Shown: positions 56,863 to 64,000 of the stretch, one piece after another | Position numbering within the stretch: the stretch's first letter is position 1 | Layout of the letters: each line of letters starts with the position of its first letter | Assembly (NCBI GenBank): GCA_963805545.1 | Contig: CAWDUU010000001.1 | Location: 331,051 to 395,050 of the forward strand | Direction of reading: 5' to 3' | Source of the DNA: an uncultured Actinomycetes bacterium | GTDB lineage: Bacteria; Actinomycetota; Thermoleophilia; Gaiellales; JAICJC01 | DNA length: 64,000 bases | Program-made: the position numbers and the translations under genes | Notes under the pieces: generated by a model | What the model was told of the DNA's origin: nothing | Databases searched by the model: none | Seen by the model: only the letters and a program-made list of their open reading frames with translations

Positions 56863-57824
56863 GGTGCGTCGTCTACCGCGGCGTGGGCGGCCGCGAGATG
56901 GTGGAGCTCGGCGAGCGGCCCGAGCCGGAGCCGGGCCGGTTCGAGGTGGTGATCGCCCCGCCGTTCGCGGGTGTGAATCCCGCGGACGTGCTCCAGCGCG
57001 AGGGCAAGCACCCGCCGCCTCCGGGGTGGCCGGCCGACGTGCCCGGGCTGGAGGTGGCCGGGCCGGTGGTGGCCGTCGGCGACGGCGTCACATCGCTTGC
57101 GGTCGGCGACCGGGCGTTCGGCCTCGTCGGCGGCGGCGGGCTGGCCGAGCGCGTGCTGGCCTCGGAGCGCGAGCTCGTCCGCGTGCCCGACGTGCTCGAC
57201 GGGCGTACGGCGGCGGCCGCGCCCCAGGCCTTCCTGACCGCGTTTGACGCCATCGACCAGGCGGGGCTGGCGGCCGGCGACGTGCTGCTCGTGAACGGCG
57301 GCAACGGCGGGGTGGGGACGGCGGCGGTGCAGATCGGCGCGGCGATGGGCGCGACGGTGGTGGCGAGCGTCCGCTCGGAGGAGCTGCGCCCGCGCGTCGC
57401 TCAGCTTGGCGCGACGGTCGTGGCCGCCGAGGAGGCGTTCGCCCGCGTGCGCGAGCTGGGCGGCGCCGACGTGATCCTCGAGCTGGTCGGCGCGGTGCAC
57501 ATGGCCGGGAACCTGGAGTCGCTGGCCCGCGGCGGGCGGCTGGTGGTCGTGGCCGGGAAGCCGGGCGACGAGGCCCCAATCGTGCTGCGCGACCTGATGA
57601 GCCGGCGGGCGCGGATCATCGGCACGACGCTGCGCTCGCGGCCGCCGGAGGAGAAGGCCGAGCTGGTGCAGGAGTTCGGGCGCCGGGTCGTGCCGCTCTT
57701 CGAGGCGGGGAGGGCGACCGCTCTCGTCGACCGCGTGTTCCCGCTGGCGGAGGCGGCAGACGCGCTCGACCACGTCCGCGCCCCCGGAAAGCTCGGCAAG
57801 GTGCTGGTCGAGATGCCGGCGTGA
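56859..57824 (+). CDS. NAD(P)H-quinone oxidoreductase (MDR, PIG3-like)
   Basis: GVNPAD...G..PPP, PGLEVAG, NGGNGGVG, GTTLRSR, GKVLV. Confidence 0.9.
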   Translation: MRCVVYRGVGGREMVELGERPEPEPGRFEVVIAPPFAGVNPADVLQREGKHPPPPGWPADVPGLEVAGPVVAVGDGVTSLAVGDRAFGLVGGGGLAERVLASERELVRVPDVLDGRTAAAAPQAFLTAFDAIDQAGLAAGDVLLVNGGNGGVGTAAVQIGAAMGATVVASVRSEELRPRVAQLGATVVAAEEAFARVRELGGADVILELVGAVHMAGNLESLARGGRLVVVAGKPGDEAPIVLRDLMSRRARIIGTTLRSRPPEEKAELVQEFGRRVVPLFEAGRATALVDRVFPLAEAADALDHVRAPGKLGKVLVEMPA

Positions 57825-58222
57825 GGCTCATGCGGATCGACCACGTCGGCGTGGTCGTGGCGGACATGGACGTCCACGTCGCGCAGCTCGAGGCGCTGGG
57901 CCTGTCCCTCGGCCGCACGAACGAGAACGCCGAGAGCTTCGCCCGCTACTACCCGTGCGGCGACCCGAGCGTCGAGCTGATCGACGTGCGCGACCCGGAC
58001 GCCCGCACGCGCCGGCTGCCGGCCGGCGAGCAGGCCCGCATCGAGCACATCGCGTTCGAGGTCGACGACCTGGAGGAGGTCCGTGCCCTGCTCGAGGCCC
58101 GCGGGGTGAGCGTCTCGTGGCCGCCGTTCCCGTCGGGCAGCGCGCGGATGATCTGGACGGACGGCGAGTCGAGCGGCGGCGTGCAGTACCAGTTCCTCGT
58201 GCGCCCGCCTGCGGGCGCATGA
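57821..58222 (+). CDS. VOC/glyoxalase family protein
   Basis: IDHVGVVV, VELI, IEHIAFEVDDL. Confidence 0.85.
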   Translation: MRLMRIDHVGVVVADMDVHVAQLEALGLSLGRTNENAESFARYYPCGDPSVELIDVRDPDARTRRLPAGEQARIEHIAFEVDDLEEVRALLEARGVSVSWPPFPSGSARMIWTDGESSGGVQYQFLVRPPAGA

Positions 58223-59214
58223 GGCTCGGCTTCATCGGCGCGGGCGCGATCGCCCGCAGCCATCTGGGCATCCTGGCGGATCTTGCCGGCGCGGAGGTGG
58301 TGGCCGTCTGCGACCTGAATGCCGCCGTCGCCCAGGAGACGGCGGCCGCGGCCGGTGGCGCGGCGGTCCATGCCGACCCCAGGGCGATGCTCGAATCCGA
58401 GCAGCTCGACGCGGTCTTCGTCTGCACGCCGCCCGGGGCGCATCTGGCCGCGGCCGTCGCGGCGTTCGAGCGCGGCCTCCCGGTCTACCTCGAGAAGCCG
58501 CTCGCGCGGTCGGCGGCTGACGGTGAGGCGATCGTCGAGGCGTGGCGGGCGAGCGGCGCCGTGTGCGCGGTCGGCTACCAGTGGCGGAGCCTCGACGTGA
58601 TCGACCGCATCCGGCTCGAGCTGGCCGGAGATCCGCCGGGCCTGGTCGTGAGCCGCGGGATCGGGCCGGCCCAGCGCGGCCGGACGAGCGGGTGGTTCGA
58701 GGACGCACGGGCGAGCGGCGGCGTCCTCTTCGAGCTCGCAAGCCACGATATCGACCTCCAGCGGGCGGTGGCGGGGCCTGTCGTCGAGGTGCAGGCGGCG
58801 TCGGCGGCCGGGCTCCTCGCAACGGCGGCCGCCGGGGCGCCCGACCTGGATGACACCGTCGCCGTCGTCATGCGCTTCGCGAGCGGCGGGCTCGGCATCG
58901 TGGCGCTCGGCTGGACGGACGCGCAGCAGCCGCCGGTCTACTCGCTCGACGTGATGGCCGCGGACGTCGCCCTGCGGCTCGACCTGGCCGGGCCGGTGCG
59001 CGTCCGGGGACGCTCGCGCGGGACGGAGGTCGACCTCACCGCCGCCGCCGACCCGCGCCGCTCATCGGTCGCCCGCTTCCTGGACGCGGTCTCCGGCGGC
59101 GGCCAGGGCGCCGTCGCGTGCTCGCCGGACGACGCGCTGGGGACGCTTCGCGTCGCATTGGCCGCCGAGCGCGCGGTGGCGACCGGCGAGCGCGTCACGG
59201 TCACCGGCGGCTAG
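58219..59214 (+). CDS. Gfo/Idh/MocA oxidoreductase
   Basis: GFIGAG, VFVCTPPGAH, EKPLA, GGVLFELASHDID. Confidence 0.92.
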   Translation: MRLGFIGAGAIARSHLGILADLAGAEVVAVCDLNAAVAQETAAAAGGAAVHADPRAMLESEQLDAVFVCTPPGAHLAAAVAAFERGLPVYLEKPLARSAADGEAIVEAWRASGAVCAVGYQWRSLDVIDRIRLELAGDPPGLVVSRGIGPAQRGRTSGWFEDARASGGVLFELASHDIDLQRAVAGPVVEVQAASAAGLLATAAAGAPDLDDTVAVVMRFASGGLGIVALGWTDAQQPPVYSLDVMAADVALRLDLAGPVRVRGRSRGTEVDLTAAADPRRSSVARFLDAVSGGGQGAVACSPDDALGTLRVALAAERAVATGERVTVTGG

Positions 59215-59229
59215 GCATCGCCACAGGAA

Positions 59230-59281
59230 CGGACACAGAAGCGCGTGATATCGGACACACAAAGCGTCGACAACGGACACA
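59230..59281 (+). repeat. Three CGGACACA direct repeats at 22-bp period
   Basis: Copies start at 59230, 59252 and 59274, just before the GGAGG RBS of the MNT gene. Confidence 0.8.
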
Positions 59282-59290
59282 TGGGAGGCT

Positions 59291-59854
59291 ATGCTCACAT
59301 TGCGGATGAGCCTCCAGCGACTCGCACAGGAGCTCGGTACCACCGGCCGCACGCTTCGCCGTTCGGTCGGAAGCGGCATGGTTCGCGCCAGGCGGCCCAG
59401 CCCCCGCACGGTCGAGATCGGCGTGGGCGAGCGCGTCTACCTGCGCAGGCACTGGTCCGATCTCGCGCGGCTCCGGAAGGCGCTACGGACCGAGCCGGGC
59501 GTCCGCGCCGCCGTGCTCTTCGGCTCGCTCGCCCGCGGCGACGAGCTCCCCGAAAGCGACGTCGACCTGCTGGTTGAGCTCAGGGAAGCCGCGCCCGCCG
59601 CACGCGTGGACCTCCGGCACCGCCTCGAGGCGGCGACGGGCCGCTCGGTTCAGCTCGTCGAGACGCGCTCCGCAGAGTGGTCGCCGCTGCTTCTGGCGGA
59701 GATCCTCCGGGACGGGCGGCCGCTGGTCGACCGGGCGGGCGTGTGGCCCGCACTCCAGTCCCGGCGGGCGGCCATCCAGCGCTCGGCGCGGGCGGAGGCC
59801 CGGCGCCGGGAGGCGCGCCTCCGGGATCTCGCCGGCTCGAAGGCGGTCGCGTAA
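59291..59854 (+). CDS. MNT-family nucleotidyltransferase (antitoxin-like) with N-terminal HTH-like extension
   Basis: LFGSLARG...SDVDLLV; LQRLAQELGTTGRTLRR. Confidence 0.88.
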   Translation: MLTLRMSLQRLAQELGTTGRTLRRSVGSGMVRARRPSPRTVEIGVGERVYLRRHWSDLARLRKALRTEPGVRAAVLFGSLARGDELPESDVDLLVELREAAPAARVDLRHRLEAATGRSVQLVETRSAEWSPLLLAEILRDGRPLVDRAGVWPALQSRRAAIQRSARAEARRREARLRDLAGSKAVA

Positions 59855-60342
59855 TCGCCGTCTCCGAGCCGCGTCTGAGGCGCAGCATCGAGGAGCGGCT
59901 GCTCACGGCCCAGGCTCACCGGCAGGCGCTCGACGTCGCGATGAGCGCATTTTCGCCGGACTTCGATCTGGCCGTCTTTGAGCAGGCTTGGGCTACCGGC
60001 GATCCGGCCGGGCTCAACCGGGTGAACGCGGTCCAGGGAGGGTTCGAGAACGTCGTGAACCAGCTTCTCGAAGCGGCCGTCGAGCTCTGCCGGCTGGAGG
60101 GCTGGTCCGGCGAAGGCGACGGGGGCGTTCTCCTCGCCCTCCGTAGCCTCAAGGAGCACGGCGCGATCGACGAGACGACGCGGAGGAACATCGCCGGTGC
60201 CAAGGAGCTCCGGGACGGCGCCCAGCACGCGTCCCCCGGCGTGGCCGCAGCGGATTTTCATGCCGCGGTCACCATGCTCGAGGCAGGCGGCGGCGACTTC
60301 ATCCAGGACGTCGCGCGCTGGCTGCGCGCGAACCATCCCTGA
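59851..60342 (+). CDS. HEPN/DUF86-like RNase toxin (start uncertain)
   Basis: Helical protein with an RX4H motif (RDGAQH); adjacent to the MNT gene. Confidence 0.7.
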   Translation, partial: VIAVSEPRLRRSIEERLLTAQAHRQALDVAMSAFSPDFDLAVFEQAWATGDPAGLNRVNAVQGGFENVVNQLLEAAVELCRLEGWSGEGDGGVLLALRSLKEHGAIDETTRRNIAGAKELRDGAQHASPGVAAADFHAAVTMLEAGGGDFIQDVARWLRANHP

Positions 60343-60390
60343 GGACTCGCGGCGGGTCATGATTCGCGGTGGCCCCGGTTGTTCGAGCGC

Positions 60391-61260
60391 CTACAGCTTG
60401 CCGGGAAGGAGCGGCAGCCCCCCGGTCGCGTCGGTCTCGACGCGCCAGAACGAGCCGGTGCGCTGGTCGGCGTGGATCTCGGCGACCTTCGTCGCGGTGA
60501 CGTAGAGGGCCGGGCCGGCGAAGATGCAGTTCGTGGCGTGCTCGCCGAGCGCGATCTCCTCGATCACCTCGCCCCCGGCCGAGAGCACCGTCACGCCGCC
60601 CGAGATCGTGGTGCAGACGAACGCGCGCCCGTCGGCCGCGAACGCCATGCCGTCGGGCACGTGGCCGTCGGAGAGCTGGCAGAACGTCGTCGCCTCGCCG
60701 TCCTCCATGCGGCAGACGCGGTGGGCCGCCGACTCGGTCCAGTAGAGCCGGCCCTGCGCGTCGAACGCGATCCCGTTGGGATAGACGCCGGGCCGCTCCA
60801 TCAGGAGCTCGCCGGCGCCGCCGGGGCCGAGCACGAAGAGCCGGCCGGGGGCGCGCTCGGGCTCGGGAAAGCGGTCGTCCTGCTCGGTGCCCGAGTCGGT
60901 GAACCAGAGCCGGCCGTCGGAGCCGAACGCGAGGTCGTTGGGGCCCGCCAGCGAGTGGCCGCCGATCTCGGTGGCGAGCATCTCGACCGAGCCGTCGGCG
61001 TTCACGCGCTGGATGCCCGCCACGGCACTCTGGTCGGGGCTGCCGGGGACGTTCCCGCCCTGGGTCACGTACACGGCGCCGTCGGAGCCGAGCAAGGCAC
61101 CCCACGGAGAGCCGCCGGTGCCGGCGAACGTCGACATCGAGGAGCCGTCCCAGCGGAGCAGCTCGCCGGTGTTCCCGTCGCAGATCACGATCGACCCGTC
61201 GGGCATGACGACAGGGCCTTCGGGGAACCCGAGATTCGAGGCGAGCAGCGTTCCTTCCAC
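60391..61260 (-). CDS. SMP-30/gluconolactonase family protein
   Basis: FPEGPV, PNDL, PNGI, PDGMAF. Confidence 0.92.
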   Translation of the reverse strand: MEGTLLASNLGFPEGPVVMPDGSIVICDGNTGELLRWDGSSMSTFAGTGGSPWGALLGSDGAVYVTQGGNVPGSPDQSAVAGIQRVNADGSVEMLATEIGGHSLAGPNDLAFGSDGRLWFTDSGTEQDDRFPEPERAPGRLFVLGPGGAGELLMERPGVYPNGIAFDAQGRLYWTESAAHRVCRMEDGEATTFCQLSDGHVPDGMAFAADGRAFVCTTISGGVTVLSAGGEVIEEIALGEHATNCIFAGPALYVTATKVAEIHADQRTGSFWRVETDATGGLPLLPGKL

Positions 61261-61473
61261 GGCGGTCCATCCCTTTTCGGTCGGCGTCAGATTGGTCTGA
61301 TAGCATACCGCCCCCTTGGCCGAGCGGCGTCTTCGCATGAGGTGCCAATCTGCGTCGCTGCGACGGGCCTTGGAGCGCGCGAGGACGTTGTCGGCTGCGC
61401 CACTTCCCCCCGCCGTGCGCGTATGCGAGAGTGGGCGCGGCCATCTTCCCGAAGCCGAGATCTGGAGGAGACG

Positions 61474-63102
61474 GTGACCGACCCGAACCACCCACACGCG
61501 CCCTCGGGCACCGAGACCGACGGCCACCGCCTGTCGCGCGGCACCCTCCTCCGCGGAGCGGCCGCGGGCATGGTCGGCATGTCGCCGCTCCTGGCCGCCG
61601 CGTGCGGCGGAAGCGGGGGAGGCGGCTCCGGCGGCGCCGCCTCGACCGGCGGCGGCAAGCCGGTGCGCGGCGGCACCATCCGCGCCGGCTTCGTCGGAGG
61701 CGGCACCGCCGAGACCCTGAACCCGTATGCGGGCGTCACGCCGATCGACGAGTCGCGGGTGCAGAACCTCTACGACCCGCTCTTCGTGCAGAACCCCGAC
61801 CTGACCACGAGCCCGGGCCTCGCGCTCGAGATGAACGCCAACGCCGACGCGACCGAGTACGAGGTCAAGCTGCGGCCCGGCGTCGAGTTCCACAACGGCA
61901 AGACGTTCGGCGCCGAGGATCTCATCTACTCGATCCGGCTCATGTCCAAGCCCGCCAACTTCGCATCGGTGCCGTTCGTGGCCGGGATCGACCTGAACGG
62001 TCTGAAGGCCGTGAACCCGACCACCGTCCGCATCCCGCTGAAGTTCCCCGACGCCGACCTCGCGGCCAACTTCGTCTACTGGAACACCTGGATCGTGCAG
62101 GACGGCGAGACCGACTTCCAAAACCCGGTTGGCACCGGCCCGTTCATGTTCGAGTCCTTCGAGCCCGGCCACCAGAGCAGCTTCAAGAAGAACCCCAACT
62201 ACTGGGTCACCGGCAAGCCGTACGTCGACGGGCTGACGATCCAGTCGATCGACGACAACAACGCGCGCCTGAATGCGCTCCTGAGCGGCCAGATCGACGC
62301 CATGGCGCAGCTGCCGACGCCCCAGGCCAAGGCCCACCAGACGACCGGCGACATCACGGTCCTGATCGCGCCCTCGCCGCAGGCCATGATGTTCTACATG
62401 GACACGACCCAGGCGCCGTTCACCGACGTGAACGTCCGCCAGGCGATCCGGCTCATCGCCGACCGCAAGGCGCTCGTCGAGAGCGCGATCAACGGCTTCG
62501 GCACCGTCGGGAACGACATCGTCGGCAAGGGCCTGCCCTTCTACGACTCCGACCTGCCGCAGCGCGAGCAGGACATCGACCAGGCCAAGAGCCTGCTGAA
62601 GAAGGCCGGCCAGGAGAACCTGAACGTGCTCCTGCGCACGTCGCCGATCTTCCCCGGGTTCGTCGAGGCCGCCACGCTGCTCGCCGAGCAGGCCAAGGCC
62701 GCCGGCGTCACGATCCAGCTGAAGCAGGTGCCTCCCAACTCGTACTACAACCCGTCGCTGCTCTACCTGAAGATGGCGTTCGCCGAGACGCAGTGGCCCA
62801 TCCCGTCGCTCAAGTTCTTCTACCTCCAGGCGCTGTCCGCCCAGGCTCCGTACAACGAGACGCACTGGAAGGACAAGACCTGGAACGACCTCCTGTTCAA
62901 GGCCATCGGACAGACCGACGAGACGGCCGCGCAGGACGCGTGGAACCAGGTGCAGGAGATCCAGTACAACCAGGGCGGCTACCTGAACTGGACGAACGCG
63001 GACTGGGTCGACGGCGTGTCGACCAAGCTGAAGGGGCTCGCGCCGCACCCCGGCGGAGTGCTCGGCAACTACCTCTTCATGAACGCGTGGCTGACGGCCT
63101 AG
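61474..63102 (+). CDS. ABC transporter substrate-binding lipoprotein, family 5
   Basis: GGAGGAG RBS; Tat-like leader + LAAC lipobox; LRPGVEFHNG, GTGPF, NPNYW, VRQAI. Confidence 0.93.
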   Translation: MTDPNHPHAPSGTETDGHRLSRGTLLRGAAAGMVGMSPLLAAACGGSGGGGSGGAASTGGGKPVRGGTIRAGFVGGGTAETLNPYAGVTPIDESRVQNLYDPLFVQNPDLTTSPGLALEMNANADATEYEVKLRPGVEFHNGKTFGAEDLIYSIRLMSKPANFASVPFVAGIDLNGLKAVNPTTVRIPLKFPDADLAANFVYWNTWIVQDGETDFQNPVGTGPFMFESFEPGHQSSFKKNPNYWVTGKPYVDGLTIQSIDDNNARLNALLSGQIDAMAQLPTPQAKAHQTTGDITVLIAPSPQAMMFYMDTTQAPFTDVNVRQAIRLIADRKALVESAINGFGTVGNDIVGKGLPFYDSDLPQREQDIDQAKSLLKKAGQENLNVLLRTSPIFPGFVEAATLLAEQAKAAGVTIQLKQVPPNSYYNPSLLYLKMAFAETQWPIPSLKFFYLQALSAQAPYNETHWKDKTWNDLLFKAIGQTDETAAQDAWNQVQEIQYNQGGYLNWTNADWVDGVSTKLKGLAPHPGGVLGNYLFMNAWLTA

Positions 63103-63121
63103 CTCTGGACGTCCGGGCGCG

Positions 63122-64000
63122 ATGACAGCGGTGGCGGAGCCTCGGCGGGAGACCCGCGAGGCGTCGCCCGTGCTCTCGTTCCTTGGCCGGCGGCTCGTCG
63201 GCGCGCTTGTCGCAATCGTCGCCTCGTCGATCCTGATCTTCGTGGGCACGTCCGTGCTCCCGGGTGACGCCGCGAGCGTCGTCCTCGGCCGCGGCGCGAC
63301 GCCGCAGGCCGTCCGCGCCCTCGACCAGCGCCTGCACCTCGACCGTCCGCTCGTCCGGCAGTACACGAGCTGGCTCGGGGGCTTCGTCCACGGCGACCTG
63401 GGCGACTCGTCCGTCGGGCTCGCCCAGGGCCAGAAGCATGCACCGGTGTGGGACCTGATCTCGAGCCCGGTCAAGAACACGGTGATCCTGGCGCTCGTGA
63501 CGGCGCTCTTCATGATCCCGCTGTCGCTCGGCCTCGGGGCGCTCGCGGCGGTCTATGCCGGGCGAGCCGTCGACCACGCCGTCTCGATCGCGTCGCTGGC
63601 GGCGATCGCGCTCCCGGAGTTCGTGATCGGGTCGCTCCTGGTCGGCGTCTTCTTCGTGTGGCTCGACGTGCTGCCGCCCGTCGCGCTGATCCCGCCGGGC
63701 GACAACCCGCTCAGCCATCCCACCAAGCTCGTGCTGCCGGTGGTGACCCTGCTGCTCGCATCGCTCGCCGCCGGCATCCGGATGGTGCGGGCCGGCATGG
63801 TCGAGGTGCTCCAGACGGAGTACGTCCAGACCGCCCGCCTGAACGGGCTCGCCGAGCGGTGGGTGCTGTGGCGCTATGCGATGCGAAACGCGCTCGCGCC
63901 GAGCGTCCAGGTGCTGGCCCAGAACCTCCAGTGGCTGATCGGCGGGATCATCATCACCGAGAACGTGTTCGCCTATCCGGGGCTCGGCTCGACGCTCGTC
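63122..64000 (+). CDS. ABC peptide/nickel-type permease (partial)
   Basis: LPGDAA, GDLGDS, ALPEF, EYVQTARLNGL, NAL.P, ENVFAYPGLG; runs off the window. Confidence 0.93.
   Translation, partial: MTAVAEPRRETREASPVLSFLGRRLVGALVAIVASSILIFVGTSVLPGDAASVVLGRGATPQAVRALDQRLHLDRPLVRQYTSWLGGFVHGDLGDSSVGLAQGQKHAPVWDLISSPVKNTVILALVTALFMIPLSLGLGALAAVYAGRAVDHAVSIASLAAIALPEFVIGSLLVGVFFVWLDVLPPVALIPPGDNPLSHPTKLVLPVVTLLLASLAAGIRMVRAGMVEVLQTEYVQTARLNGLAERWVLWRYAMRNALAPSVQVLAQNLQWLIGGIIITENVFAYPGLGSTLV

Noticed and set aside
1-64000. tRNA (including tRNA-Sec), rRNA, selA/selB/selD, RAYT or IS transposase
   Set aside because: None recognised by eye; Sec machinery would have to be elsewhere in the genome.

Overview
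High-GC actinobacterial chromosomal DNA; Thermoleophilia/Gaiellales-like affinity is inferred from gene content and style. Housekeeping blocks (rplM-rpsI-glmM-glmS; acpS-nnr-alr-CCA enzyme; ileS; ispH) alternate with accessory genes. The strongest candidate for a new system is a tightly coupled operon at 29083-33445 resembling a rewired methylamine-dehydrogenase (mau) cluster. It encodes a MauE-MauD fusion; a 10-Cys MauA-like small subunit keeping W and DCC but with Tyr at the apparent second-Trp position; a MauF homologue fused to a beta-propeller; and an aromatic-amino-acid-decarboxylase-like enzyme. In the MauF homologue the conserved WSPCG cysteine is an in-frame UGA followed by a SECIS-like hairpin (putative selenoprotein). 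Other points: a GVHH-motif IleRS2; two REP-like families, one giving two unrelated proteins the same C-terminus (ARNIGV); 22-bp phased repeats before an MNT-HEPN pair; a HAD-GH65 fusion; a possible ureide-type catabolic island; and widespread leaderless promoters. Five single-base frameshifts suggest long-read errors. No tRNA, rRNA, CRISPR array, transposase or integrase was recognised. All family assignments come from motif recognition by eye, not database searches.
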